Part shown: positions 18,877-28,689 of the stretch, piece after piece
Numbering within the stretch: the first letter of the stretch is position 1
Layout: every line of letters begins with the position of its first letter
DNA from: Allorhizobium sp.
GTDB taxonomy: Bacteria > Pseudomonadota > Alphaproteobacteria > Rhizobiales > Rhizobiaceae
Direction of reading: 5' to 3'
Length of the DNA: 64,000 bases
Assembly: GCA_046294755.1 (NCBI GenBank)
Contig: JBKBON010000006.1
Coordinates: 50,452 to 114,451 of the forward strand
The notes under the pieces: generated by a model
The model's database searches: none
What the model was told of the DNA's origin: nothing
What the model saw: only the letters and a program-made list of their open reading frames with translations
Made by a program: the position numbers and the translations under genes

Positions 18877-20751
18877 ATGACGAGAAATACAAAATTTGTG
18901 GTTACCGCGTTGCTCGCAGCGACTGCTGCGGTCGGAACCTCACCGGGTGTGGCGAGTGCCACGACCCTTCTCGATCTGCTCCGCGGCGGCCCTGGGCGGC
19001 AGGTCAAGCAGCAGTCTGCGCCGGCATCGCTGGAACAGCAGGCGCGTGGCGGACTGGAGATGGGTGATCCCGAGCCGCTGCCGAAGGTTACCGGACCGCA
19101 GTACCACACCTACAAGCCTGAGACGCAGCGTGCCATCAAGATCAAGCTGCCCGTGGCGACGCCGGTTGCGGGCCAGGCCGAAGGCGAGGCGGCGGCTGAC
19201 GTTCTGACGGCCCGTCGTTTTCTGACGGATGTTGCCGTGCGCGCCACGGACGAAGTCGCCAAGACGGTCGAGGCCTATTACGGCAATCCCGACAAGCCGC
19301 TGATCTGGACCGATGGCGAGAACATCTCGGAGCGGGGTCGTCGGATGATCGAGGCGTTGGCGGCCGCCGACACTGTCGGTCTTTCCCCTGACGATTATGT
19401 TGTCACGATACCATCCGAGACTGACGATCCGACAGATCCAGACCGGCGCCAGCGCGAGATGATGGGGTTTGAGGTGGCGCTTTCCGCCAAGGCGCTGACC
19501 TATGTCCAGGATACGACCCGGGGCCGGATCGATCCGAACAAGATCTCCGGCTATTACGATTTCAAGCGCAAGACGGTGAATCTTGCGCCTGTTCTCGACA
19601 TGCTGCGTATGAGCCCGGATGTTGCTGCCTATCTGCGCAACCGGGATCCGAAGAGCCCGCAGTTCATTGCTTTGCGTGACGAACTTGCCCGGCTAAGAGC
19701 CGAGGACGCCCAGGCATCGACAAAGCCGATCACCATTGCGCCTGGAACGCTGCTGAAGCCGAACCAGACCAATCCGGAACTCGCCAATGTCGTGGGCGCG
19801 CTGAAGCAGGTAGCTTCCGAAGCGGTGCTTTCTGCCCACGCGGCAACGTTTGCCGCTTACACCAATACGCCCGAGTATACGCCCGAGCTGGTGGCGCTGG
19901 TCGAAGCCTTTCAGGCTGAAAAAGGTTTGAAGCCGGATGGTGTCGTTGGACCTGCCACAATCCGCGCGATGACCGGCCACAGCAATGCCGAGAAGATTGC
20001 CAAGCTGGAAGTCGCCATGGAGGCTGTCCGTTGGCTGCCGGCGGATCTCGGCTCGCGCTATGTCTTCATCAACGCGCCGTCCTTCCGGGCAAGCTACGTC
20101 AATGATGGCAAGGAACAGCTTTCGATGCGCGTCGTGGTCGGCTCGAAGGCGAACCAGACCTACTTTTTCCAGGATCAGATCGAGACGGTGGAGTTCAATC
20201 CCTATTGGGGCGTTCCGAAGTCTATCATCGTCAATGAAATGCTGCCGAAGCTCAGGGCCGACCCCTCCTATCTCGACCGTCTCGGATACGAAGTCTCGTA
20301 TGGCGGTCGCAAGGTTGCGTCCAGCCAGGTCAACTGGAACACGACGCATGCCGTCGATGTCCGTCAGCCGCCCGGTGGCGACAACGCGCTCGGTGAATTG
20401 AAGATCCTCTTCCCGAACGAACATGCCATTTATATGCATGACACCCCGTCCAAGAGCTACTTCAACCGTGACATGCGGGCGCTCAGCCACGGCTGTGTGC
20501 GGCTGGCAGAGCCGCGGGTAATGGCGGCAGCGGTCATGGGCACGACGGTCGAGGAAATCGGCAAGCAGATCGCTTCAGGTCAGAACCGCGCCGTTCAGGT
20601 GCCGCAGAAGATCCCGGTCTACGTATCCTATTTCACGGCCTGGCCGAACAAGGACGGCGTCATCGAGTATTTCGATGACGTCTACGGTCGTGATGGCCAT
20701 ACGGCCAAGGCCTTCAAGGCGACGACTGACGCGCGCGCGCCGCGCGCCTAA
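18877..20751 (+). CDS. Murein L,D-transpeptidase (YcbB/LdtD type)
   Basis: Signal peptide, scaffold domain, PG-binding FQAEKGLKPDGVVGPAT, catalytic IYMHDTP...ALSHGCVRL. Confidence 0.93.
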   Translation: MTRNTKFVVTALLAATAAVGTSPGVASATTLLDLLRGGPGRQVKQQSAPASLEQQARGGLEMGDPEPLPKVTGPQYHTYKPETQRAIKIKLPVATPVAGQAEGEAAADVLTARRFLTDVAVRATDEVAKTVEAYYGNPDKPLIWTDGENISERGRRMIEALAAADTVGLSPDDYVVTIPSETDDPTDPDRRQREMMGFEVALSAKALTYVQDTTRGRIDPNKISGYYDFKRKTVNLAPVLDMLRMSPDVAAYLRNRDPKSPQFIALRDELARLRAEDAQASTKPITIAPGTLLKPNQTNPELANVVGALKQVASEAVLSAHAATFAAYTNTPEYTPELVALVEAFQAEKGLKPDGVVGPATIRAMTGHSNAEKIAKLEVAMEAVRWLPADLGSRYVFINAPSFRASYVNDGKEQLSMRVVVGSKANQTYFFQDQIETVEFNPYWGVPKSIIVNEMLPKLRADPSYLDRLGYEVSYGGRKVASSQVNWNTTHAVDVRQPPGGDNALGELKILFPNEHAIYMHDTPSKSYFNRDMRALSHGCVRLAEPRVMAAAVMGTTVEEIGKQIASGQNRAVQVPQKIPVYVSYFTAWPNKDGVIEYFDDVYGRDGHTAKAFKATTDARAPRA

Positions 20752-20776
20752 GCGGCTTAGCAGCGCATTCTACATC

Positions 20777-20804
20777 AAATGGCGGACCTCGGGTCCGCCA
20801 TTTT
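20777..20804. terminator. Bidirectional intrinsic terminator (ldt / gph)
   Basis: AAATGGCGGACC-TCG-GGTCCGCCATTT. Confidence 0.8.
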
Positions 20805-20818
20805 GCATTCGGCAGTGT

Positions 20819-21490
20819 TCAGCGGGTCAGGGTCTCGACGAGCGCGATCGTCAGTTCGTCGAAATGACCGATCACATGGGAGGCGCCGAGCGTCTCGACA
20901 GGTACATCCGAATATCCGAAAGGCACGGCAATCGAAGGAATATCGCCGTTTCTGGCAGCCAGGATGTCGTTGACGCTGTCGCCGATCATGAGGATCTTGC
21001 CAGCTCTGCCACCGGCCCGTTCAGCGGTTGCTAGGATGTGGGCAGGGTCGGGTTTGCGAAAGGCAAATGTGTCGCCACCGGCAATGGCGGAAAAGTAGCG
21101 GGTCAGGTCCAGCCGTTCGAGGAGGGGAATCGCGAGCCGTTCCATCTTGTTGGTGCAAACTGCCATTTTGTAGCCGGCAGCCTTGAGCCGATCGAGTGCC
21201 TCGACGAGGCCGGGATAGGGCTTGCTCTTGCCGGGCATGCCGGCTTCATAGTGGGCGATGAAGCGGTCAAGCAGGGCAGGGATCTCGTCTTCTGCGAGGG
21301 GGGCGCCACGCAAGGCGAAGGCTCGCTGGATCATGACACGCGCGCCCTGACCGACGAGATGGGTCAGATCCTCATAGCTTACCGGGGTAAGATCACGCGC
21401 CGCGATGGTGTGGTTGAGGCTTTCGACCAGGTCTGGGGCCGTGTCGATCAGGGTTCCGTCAAGGTCGAAGACAATGGTCGTGGCGGTCAA
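20819..21490 (-). CDS. gph: Phosphoglycolate phosphatase (HAD family)
   Basis: FDLDGTLIDT, CTNK, KPDP and MIGDSVND motifs; TTG start after GGAG. Confidence 0.88.
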   Translation of the reverse strand: MTATTIVFDLDGTLIDTAPDLVESLNHTIAARDLTPVSYEDLTHLVGQGARVMIQRAFALRGAPLAEDEIPALLDRFIAHYEAGMPGKSKPYPGLVEALDRLKAAGYKMAVCTNKMERLAIPLLERLDLTRYFSAIAGGDTFAFRKPDPAHILATAERAGGRAGKILMIGDSVNDILAARNGDIPSIAVPFGYSDVPVETLGASHVIGHFDELTIALVETLTR

Positions 21491-21637
21491 GACGAAGCTC
21501 CGTTGCAAGTGCATCAATGCCGCCGGGGGTAGGGGAAATCCTCTGAAAAGGCAACGCTGGGCAGCGATGCAGGGCTTTCACTCGGCCTTGGAGGCGTGTA
21601 AACAGCATGCAACGTAACGGACGGGAGCTTTCGGCGC

Positions 21638-22339
21638 ATGGACGCCCGCGAAATGAAGATCAAAGCCGCAGCTGCAGCACTGGAGCATGTCGAAGACGGC
21701 ATGCGTCTCGGCATCGGGACCGGTTCGACCGCAGAAGAATTCGTCCGCCTGTTGGCGGAAAAGGTGGCTGGAGGCCTCAAGGTCGAGGGTGTCCCCACCT
21801 CAGAGCGGACTGCACGCCTTTGCCTGGAACTCGGCGTGCCGCTGAAGTCGCTGGACGAATTGCCGGAACTCGATCTGACGATCGACGGGGCTGACGAGAT
21901 CGACGGCGGTTTCCGGTTGATCAAGGGGGGCGGTGGTGCCCTGCTGCGCGAGAAGATCGTGGCTGCCGCATCCAAGCGAATGATCGTGATCGCCGATGAG
22001 ACCAAGCTTGTCGAGACTCTTGGCGCCTTTCCCTTGCCGATCGAGATCAATCCGTTCGGACAGGCGTCTACCCGGATTGCGATCGAGCGGCTTGCCGCTG
22101 AGCTTGGTCTTGCGGGGCCTATGAAGCTGCGTACGCACTCGGACGATAGCCTCTTCACCACGGACGGTGGACACCTGATCCTTGACGCATCTTTTGGCCG
22201 CATTCCTGATGCAGACGCACTGGCAAGCCGGCTCAATCAAATTCCCGGCGTGGTGGAACACGGCCTTTTCATAAACTTGGCATCGCTCGCGATCATCGCC
22301 GGACCGGCAGGTGCACGGGTGATGGAGCCGAAGAACTAA
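21638..22339 (+). CDS. rpiA: Ribose-5-phosphate isomerase A
   Basis: [33 protein letters not shown]. Confidence 0.97.
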   Translation: MDAREMKIKAAAAALEHVEDGMRLGIGTGSTAEEFVRLLAEKVAGGLKVEGVPTSERTARLCLELGVPLKSLDELPELDLTIDGADEIDGGFRLIKGGGGALLREKIVAAASKRMIVIADETKLVETLGAFPLPIEINPFGQASTRIAIERLAAELGLAGPMKLRTHSDDSLFTTDGGHLILDASFGRIPDADALASRLNQIPGVVEHGLFINLASLAIIAGPAGARVMEPKN

Positions 22340-22356
22340 CAGGAGCATAGACTTTC

Positions 22357-22899
22357 ATGATCAGCTTTACGGGTATGGGCCGCTTCGCCTCGATCGCCGT
22401 GATCGCCGGCAGCGTGATGCTGGGCGCGGTTTCCGCGAGGGCGCAGGACGTGCCGGCCGAGCATCTTCAAGCGGCCCGAAATGCCATCGACGCCCTTGGC
22501 GTCACCGACCGTTTCGACGCCATCCTGCCGAGCATCATGGATCGCCTGACGGCCCAGCTCATCCAGGCCTATCCGAACCTTCAGGACGTCATTTCGTCCA
22601 AGGTCGAGGCAGAGGCCCTGAAGCTCGCCACGCGCCGCGCCGATCTGGAGCGTGAAGCGGCCCTTGTCTATGCGAAGGCCTTCACCGCCGAAGAGCTGAA
22701 CCAGATTTCTGCGTTCTACAGCAGCGAAGCCGGCAAGAAGCTTTTGAAGGACGGGCCGATCGCGACACGCGAACTCTTGAAGGCGGCCGATATCTGGACC
22801 GCTGGCATTGCCCGTGATCTCGAGCAGCAGGCGAATGCCGCCTTGCTCGCCGAAGTGCAAACCGAGCAGCCGGCAGCGGCGGAAGCGCCGAAGCCCTGA
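22357..22899 (+). CDS. DUF2059-domain exported protein
   Basis: Signal peptide; YAKAFTAEELNQISAFYSSEAGKK motif; usual rpiA-DUF2059-gor order. Confidence 0.85.
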   Translation: MISFTGMGRFASIAVIAGSVMLGAVSARAQDVPAEHLQAARNAIDALGVTDRFDAILPSIMDRLTAQLIQAYPNLQDVISSKVEAEALKLATRRADLEREAALVYAKAFTAEELNQISAFYSSEAGKKLLKDGPIATRELLKAADIWTAGIARDLEQQANAALLAEVQTEQPAAAEAPKP

Positions 22900-22921
22900 T
22901 ACGATCGGTCTTGGATTTTCG

Positions 22922-22952
22922 AGCCCGGGCATCGTCCCGGGCTTTTCTTTTT
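22922..22952 (+). terminator. Intrinsic terminator after DUF2059
   Basis: AGCCCGGG-CATCGT-CCCGGGCT followed by TTTCTTTTT. Confidence 0.85.
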
Positions 22953-23013
22953 GTGGTTCAACCTCCTATATCAGGCGCAGTTTCAGCAGAGCCCGTTCGG
23001 GCAGGAGATCGCC

Positions 23014-24402
23014 ATGAGCCAGTTCGACTACGACCTTTTCGTCATCGGCGGAGGTTCGGGCGGGGTACGCAGCGCCCGCGTTGCGGCATCTCTCGGGAAA
23101 AAGGTGGCGATCGCCGAGGAATACCGGTTCGGTGGCACCTGTGTCATCAGGGGCTGCGTGCCAAAGAAGCTCTTCGTCTACGCCTCGCAATATCATGAGC
23201 ATTTCGAAGATGCGGTCGGCTACGGTTGGACGGTGGGCGAGAGCAAGTTCGACTGGGCTTCGCTGATCGCTGCCAAGGACCGGGAAATTGGCCGCCTGGA
23301 AGGGCTCTATCGCAAGGGCCTCGAAAATGCAGGCGTCGAAATTCTTGAGACGCGGGCCGAACTGACGGGACCGCACAGCGTTCGTCTCGTCAAGGGCGGT
23401 GAGGAGGTTACGGCTGAGCGCATCATTGTTGCCGTCGGAGGGACGCCCAATCCACATGCGGCATTGCCAGGCTATGAACATTGCATTTCGTCGAACGAGG
23501 CATTCCACCTCGAAAAACTGCCGCGCTCGATCCTGATTGCCGGCGGTGGCTATATCGCGGTTGAATTTGCCAACATCTTTCATGGGCTCGGCGTCGAGAC
23601 GACATTGATCTATAGAGGTGTCGAGATCCTGAGCCGTTTCGATGAAGATATGCGCCGCGGATTGCACGAGGCCATGGTAGCCAAGGGAATCCGCATCATC
23701 TGCCAGGACCATGTGCAGAAGGTCACGAAGACGCCTGCCGGCAATCTCGAGGTCGAGACGATCAACAACGGCCGCCTCGTTGTCGAGCAGGTGATGCTGG
23801 CGCTCGGACGCGATCCTAATACCTCAGGTCTCGGACTTGAGGCTGCGGGTGTCGAGACCAATGAGCGCGGCGCAATCGTGGTTGACGCCTATTCCCGCAC
23901 CAACGTGCCGAGCATCTTTGCCCTCGGCGACGTCACCGACCGCGTCCAACTGACTCCGGTCGCCATCCACGAGGCCATGTGCTTTATCGAGACCGAGTAC
24001 AAGAACAATCCGACGTCGCCTGACCACGAGCTGATCGCGACCGCTGTCTTCTCGCAGCCGGAGATCGGCACCGTCGGGCTTTCGGAAGAGGCCGCTGCGA
24101 AGAAGTTCGAGGAGATCGAAGTTTACCGTGCGCAGTTCCGTCCGATGAAGGCGACTCTTTCCGGCCGCGCGGAAAAGATGATCATGAAGCTGATCGTGAA
24201 TGCCGCTGATCGCAAGGTCGTCGGTGCCCACATCCTCGGCCATGATGCCGGAGAAATGGCACAACTGCTCGGGATCACGCTGAAGGCCGGCTGCACCAAG
24301 GATGATTTCGACCGCACCATGGCCGTCCATCCCACGGCAGCCGAGGAACTGGTGACCATGTACAATCCGAGCTACCGGATCCGAAACGGCGAGCGGATCT
24401 GA
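23014..24402 (+). CDS. gor: Glutathione-disulfide reductase
   Basis: GGGSGG, GGTCVIRGCVPKK redox disulfide, GGGYIAVEF, HPTAAEE; SD AGGAG. Confidence 0.97.
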   Translation: MSQFDYDLFVIGGGSGGVRSARVAASLGKKVAIAEEYRFGGTCVIRGCVPKKLFVYASQYHEHFEDAVGYGWTVGESKFDWASLIAAKDREIGRLEGLYRKGLENAGVEILETRAELTGPHSVRLVKGGEEVTAERIIVAVGGTPNPHAALPGYEHCISSNEAFHLEKLPRSILIAGGGYIAVEFANIFHGLGVETTLIYRGVEILSRFDEDMRRGLHEAMVAKGIRIICQDHVQKVTKTPAGNLEVETINNGRLVVEQVMLALGRDPNTSGLGLEAAGVETNERGAIVVDAYSRTNVPSIFALGDVTDRVQLTPVAIHEAMCFIETEYKNNPTSPDHELIATAVFSQPEIGTVGLSEEAAAKKFEEIEVYRAQFRPMKATLSGRAEKMIMKLIVNAADRKVVGAHILGHDAGEMAQLLGITLKAGCTKDDFDRTMAVHPTAAEELVTMYNPSYRIRNGERI

Positions 24403-24429
24403 TCGGCTTCGATCGGCACGGGCGTTAGC

Positions 24430-24447
24430 GGGCCTCCTGAGAGGCCC
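24430..24447. terminator. GC hairpin between the convergent gor and small ORF
   Basis: GGGCCTC-CTGA-GAGGCCC; no strong U-tract. Confidence 0.45.
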
Positions 24448-24457
24448 GTGTGCTCAC

Positions 24458-24586
24458 CTAGAACTTGGAAATAAGATCAAGACCCAGAACGGGAGCCGAC
24501 AATACGGCAAGGCTCAGAAGAGAGAGCAGAAAAATTCGGAGCCTGCGGCTCCTGCGGGTTTGTACTCCAGTCCAATCATACGCCAT
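24458..24586 (-). CDS. Small membrane protein, 42 aa (MAYDWTGVQTRRSRRLRIFLLSLLSLAVLSAPVLGLDLISKF)
   Basis: Manual translation; SD GAGGA 7 nt before the ATG; basic cluster followed by one hydrophobic helix; fills an otherwise empty intergenic region. Below the ORF-track length cutoff. Confidence 0.7.
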   Translation of the reverse strand: MAYDWTGVQTRRSRRLRIFLLSLLSLAVLSAPVLGLDLISKF

Positions 24587-24833
24587 CACACGATCCTCAT
24601 GATCAACGCAGGAAGCCTAAGCTTCCCGAACGCCACGCTACACCCCCAACCATCGGGTAGTGGGCGAGGCTTGCGTGAAGCTTGCCTTCAATGGGTACAA
24701 GCGCCCACCTCGGATAAGAGGTGTTCGCATTTGCCCTATGCTGCCATGAAGCGTCTGCTTTGCAAGGTCCTGCTCAAAAGCGCGGAAGTTAGGGCTGTGA
24801 ATTGTGTGGGTAACGGTGCTGCGGTGCGGAAGT

Positions 24834-25694
24834 TCACGGCTGTCTCAGCCATTCGATCGCGGGCTTCCACAGTGTCTCTTTGAAAGACTGGCGAAAGAAG
24901 CCGAGATGGCCCACCGGGCCACCCGCTTCTTGCGGAGATATCCAGCGGATTTCGGTCGGCGCGCTGTTGTAGTATTTCAGCAGCGCATGCTGTGCCTTGG
25001 GAGTACCCCAGGGGTCGTCGCTCAGTCCGATCGCCAGGATCGGTGTTGTCACCTCGCCAAATCGGCGGGCGGCGTCCATGCTTTCGTCGGCGAAGAAATA
25101 TTCGGGGTGTCGACCCCATCTCGCCCATTCGCGGAAGACCGTTCCTGGCAGTGTCTGCCCGAGCCCGATGCGGCCCGGCACTTTTCCGAGCACAGTCGCA
25201 AGCGGCACGCCGACCAGATTCATCTGGCTGAAGACGCGAAACCGGGGTTTGGTGTTGCCCCAGTAGCCGGTCATGGTGGCTACCATCAGATAGCGCGAGA
25301 AGCGCTCGGAGCGCCCGCCGAGGGCCAGCACCTGACCACCGAAGGATTGTCCCACACCGACAATAGCATGATCAGGCGCTTCCATTTCCAGTCGGTGAAG
25401 GGCCGCAGGCATGTCGAAATGCGCCCAGTCGCGCATCAATAGCGGTCGCTTCCAGCCTTGGGGCACTGCGGAGGCGGCGACCCCTCGGTAGTCGTAAGTC
25501 AAGGTGGCACGAAAGCCGTGATGGGTAACCAAGTGTTCGGCGAAACGCGCATAGAACCCGCGAGGCACGGCAGCCGCCGATGAGATCAGTGCCATGGGGC
25601 CATCGCCGCTGCCGCGTAGCAACGTCCCGTGCAGAGGGTATCCGTCCGAGCTGCGGAACTGGATTTCCGATTTTTCGATCTGGTATTCACTCAT
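24834..25694 (-). CDS. Predicted alpha/beta hydrolase (COG4757-like)
   Basis: TYDYRGV, nucleophile elbow GQSFGG, DDPW, GHLGFFR. Confidence 0.88.
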   Translation of the reverse strand: MSEYQIEKSEIQFRSSDGYPLHGTLLRGSGDGPMALISSAAAVPRGFYARFAEHLVTHHGFRATLTYDYRGVAASAVPQGWKRPLLMRDWAHFDMPAALHRLEMEAPDHAIVGVGQSFGGQVLALGGRSERFSRYLMVATMTGYWGNTKPRFRVFSQMNLVGVPLATVLGKVPGRIGLGQTLPGTVFREWARWGRHPEYFFADESMDAARRFGEVTTPILAIGLSDDPWGTPKAQHALLKYYNSAPTEIRWISPQEAGGPVGHLGFFRQSFKETLWKPAIEWLRQP

Positions 25695-25725
25695 GCCGAA
25701 CCTCCCGCTCCGGACGCCTGGATAG

Positions 25726-25754
25726 ATCTTACGTTTACGTTCATGTCATATCAA
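25726..25754 (-). promoter_or_regulatory. Sigma70-type promoter with a LiuR-like operator in the spacer
   Basis: Minus strand TTGATA-N17-TAAGAT; the spacer overlaps TTACGTTTACGTTCATGTCA (25729-25748). Confidence 0.55.
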
Positions 25755-25938
25755 GTTCGTTGCCGCAGGAGAGGCTCGACTGTCTCCCGGCCGTCCTGGA
25801 AAAGGGGACGGCAGCCGCCTCGCCAATCCTATCGAAAGTCCCTAAACTTCGGCTTTCCAAGCGGTGATTAACCGTTTATAAGCCCCCATCCGATGCGGCC
25901 GGGAGGTTGCCGCAGCTAGTTTCAGACAGGTGACGACC

Positions 25939-27315
25939 ATGGCGCAGAATTGGACCCCGAGCAGCTGGAGACAGAAGCCGATCAAGCAGGTTCCGGCTTA
26001 TCCGGACCTCGACGCATTGAAGGCTGCCGAGCAGCAGCTTTCGACCTATCCGCCGCTGGTCTTTGCGGGTGAAGCCCGTCGCTTGAAGAAGTCTCTGGCC
26101 CAGGTCGCAGAAGGCGAGGCCTTCCTGCTGCAGGGTGGCGACTGCGCCGAGAGCTTTGCCGAGCACGGTGCCGACAACATCCGCGACTTCTTCCGCGCCT
26201 TCCTGCAGATGGCCGTCGTCCTGACCTTCGGCGCACAGCTCCCCGTCGTGAAGGTTGGCCGTATCGCCGGCCAGTTCGCCAAGCCCCGCTCGTCCGACAT
26301 GGAAAAGATCGGCGATGTCGAGCTGCCGAGCTATCGTGGTGACATCATCAACGGCATCGAGTTCACCGAGGATGCGCGTATTCCGAGCCCGGAACGTCAG
26401 CTGATGGCCTATCGCCAGTCCGCTGCCACGCTCAACCTGCTGCGCGCGTTCGCCATGGGTGGCTACGCCAATCTTGAGAACGTGCATCAGTGGATGCTCG
26501 GCTTCGTCAAGGATAGCCCGCAGGCCGAACGTTACCGCAAGCTCGCCGATCGTATCTCTGAAACCATGGACTTCATGAAGGCCGTGGGCATTACGTCGGA
26601 GAACAATCCGAGCCTGCGCGAGACCGATTTCTTCACCAGCCACGAAGCGCTGCTTCTCGGCTACGAAGAGGCGCTGACCCGCGTCGATTCCACTTCGGGC
26701 GACTGGTACGCCACCTCCGGCCACATGATCTGGATCGGCGACCGTACCCGTCAGGCCGATCATGCGCATCTGGAATACTGCCGTGGCATCAAGAACCCGA
26801 TCGGTCTGAAGTGCGGTCCGTCTCTGCAGGCCGACGATCTCTTGAACCTGATCGACATCCTGAACCCGCAGAACGAAGCCGGTCGCCTGACCCTGATCTG
26901 CCGCTTCGGCCACGACAAGGTTGCCGAGCACCTGCCGCGCCTCATCCGCGCTGTCGAGCGTGAAGGCCGCAAGGTCGTCTGGTCCTGCGACCCGATGCAT
27001 GGCAACACGATCACGCTCAACAACTACAAGACCCGTCCGTTCGAGCGGATCCTGTCGGAAGTCGAAAGCTTCTTCCAGATCCACCGTGCGGAAGGTTCGC
27101 ATCCGGGCGGCATCCATATCGAGATGACCGGCAAGGACGTGACCGAATGCACCGGCGGTGCGCGTGCCGTCACCGGCAATGATCTGGCCGACCGCTACCA
27201 CACCCATTGCGACCCGCGTCTCAACGCCGACCAGGCGCTCGAGCTCGCCTTCCTGCTTGCCGAGCGGATGAAGAGCGGCCGCGACGAAAAGCGGATGATG
27301 GTTGCGAACGGCTGA
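25939..27315 (+). CDS. Class II 3-deoxy-7-phosphoheptulonate (DAHP) synthase
   Basis: [44 protein letters not shown]. Confidence 0.96.
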   Translation: MAQNWTPSSWRQKPIKQVPAYPDLDALKAAEQQLSTYPPLVFAGEARRLKKSLAQVAEGEAFLLQGGDCAESFAEHGADNIRDFFRAFLQMAVVLTFGAQLPVVKVGRIAGQFAKPRSSDMEKIGDVELPSYRGDIINGIEFTEDARIPSPERQLMAYRQSAATLNLLRAFAMGGYANLENVHQWMLGFVKDSPQAERYRKLADRISETMDFMKAVGITSENNPSLRETDFFTSHEALLLGYEEALTRVDSTSGDWYATSGHMIWIGDRTRQADHAHLEYCRGIKNPIGLKCGPSLQADDLLNLIDILNPQNEAGRLTLICRFGHDKVAEHLPRLIRAVEREGRKVVWSCDPMHGNTITLNNYKTRPFERILSEVESFFQIHRAEGSHPGGIHIEMTGKDVTECTGGARAVTGNDLADRYHTHCDPRLNADQALELAFLLAERMKSGRDEKRMMVANG

Positions 27316-27394
27316 AACATAGGTTCAGCTTTCCGAGTTTGACCACCGGGCGGGCTTCTGTGAGGCTCGCCCGGTTCTCGTTTCGGAGGTTGAC

Positions 27395-27793
27395 ATGAAT
27401 GACGACAAGACGGGGCGCTGCCTGTGTGGCGCGGTGACGGTCAGGGTTCGCGGTAAGCTGGGACCAGTCAGTTACTGCCACTGCTCGCAGTGCCGGCGCC
27501 AGACGGGTCTCTATTATGCCACGACAGCGGCTACTCTGGACGAAGTGGAGATCAGCGGCCGCGACAGCATTGGGATATACCGCGCCAGTCCCGAGGCAGA
27601 ACGAGCCTTTTGTCAGACTTGCGGTTCGCCAATCTACTGGAAGGAGAACGATGAGCCGCGTATCTCGCTCATGGCCGGCTTGTTTCCGAACCCGACGGGA
27701 CTGGAAGGCGGATACCACATCCATTGTGCCGACAAGGGCGACTTTTACGAGATCAATGACGGGCTGCGGCAATATCCTGGGAGCAACGACTAG
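27395..27793 (+). CDS. GFA/CENP-V-family Zn-binding protein
   Basis: GRCLCGAV, CHCSQCRR, FCQTCGS. Confidence 0.92.
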   Translation: MNDDKTGRCLCGAVTVRVRGKLGPVSYCHCSQCRRQTGLYYATTAATLDEVEISGRDSIGIYRASPEAERAFCQTCGSPIYWKENDEPRISLMAGLFPNPTGLEGGYHIHCADKGDFYEINDGLRQYPGSND

Positions 27794-27798
27794 GCTCC

Positions 27799-28689
27799 TC
27801 AGGCAGCCACTGCGCTGCCTGTGTCCAATCCAAGTGTCGTCAGGGCCTGCTGGTATGATTGATCGATGGCACTGAACTTCGCCGACTGCCAGCTGAAGTA
27901 GTCTTCAAGGAAGCGGTTGCTGAGCACCAGATTGCCGCGCCGCCGTGGCTGCTCCCAGGCAAGCAAGCCATCCGTCTCGGCCTTCTTGAACATGCGCTTC
28001 AGGTTGGTGGTCGAGACATGATAGGTTTCGCTCAGTTCGACCAGTGTGACGGGGCCGCAGGAGACGGTCGCAGCTGCCCGGTCGACGTGCCCCAGGCGCG
28101 AGATCAGATCATGCAGGATAATGCCGCCGAGATCCGACCAGAGGAAGTGGCCGATCGAGTCCGGAGGCTCACGCCACATGGGATCGCCGACCATGATGTC
28201 TGCACCAATGGGTTGGGCAATGAGGAATATCCGCTCGTCAGCAAGGGATGTGCTCTGGCGGTCACCACCATCAAGCTGATCGAGGCAGGCGAGGTGACCA
28301 TTGAACCAGCTTCGCAGCCCGTTCAGGCTGAGTTCCGTAGGCTCAAGGACGCGGACGCGTTTATCCGGTACATCCGGCACGTCGCGCAGGAATTTGTAGG
28401 CCACCAGTTCGGCAAGATAGCCAGTCGCCGTGTTGCGGCTTGCAGCACCCAGGCGCATGACTGTTTCCACGAAACGCGTGGCAGTGAGGCCAGACAAGGG
28501 ATCTTCGGGTGTGCGGCGCAGGGCGAGCGCGAAAACGGACTGCGTCATCAGCCATTTCCGGTGTGAAGCCTTCAAGCGCGACATGCGCGGGGTGCGCATG
28601 TGGATGGCAATCAGATGCTGGGCAATCTGCTTTTCAATCGCAGGATACAGCGGGTGTGCTAAAATTTCAGCGCGCGTCATGGGCGGCAT
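27799..28689 (-). CDS. Hypothetical protein, possibly with two winged-helix DNA-binding modules
   Basis: 296-aa ORF; HTH-like segments LTATRF...ASRNTATGYLAEL...DKRVRVL and TLVELSETYHVSTTNLKRMFKKAETDGLL. Confidence 0.7.
   Translation of the reverse strand: MPPMTRAEILAHPLYPAIEKQIAQHLIAIHMRTPRMSRLKASHRKWLMTQSVFALALRRTPEDPLSGLTATRFVETVMRLGAASRNTATGYLAELVAYKFLRDVPDVPDKRVRVLEPTELSLNGLRSWFNGHLACLDQLDGGDRQSTSLADERIFLIAQPIGADIMVGDPMWREPPDSIGHFLWSDLGGIILHDLISRLGHVDRAAATVSCGPVTLVELSETYHVSTTNLKRMFKKAETDGLLAWEQPRRRGNLVLSNRFLEDYFSWQSAKFSAIDQSYQQALTTLGLDTGSAVAA

Noticed and set aside
24560-24883. 107-aa plus-strand ORF in the gor-hydrolase gap
   Set aside because: TTG start without SD, no motifs, and overlaps the hydrolase end; the minus-strand 42-aa ORF has better signals.
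25876-27207. 443-aa minus-strand ORF (similar cases at 6100-7599, 30947-32071 and 61471-62823)
   Set aside because: Antisense or off-frame shadows of well-supported genes.
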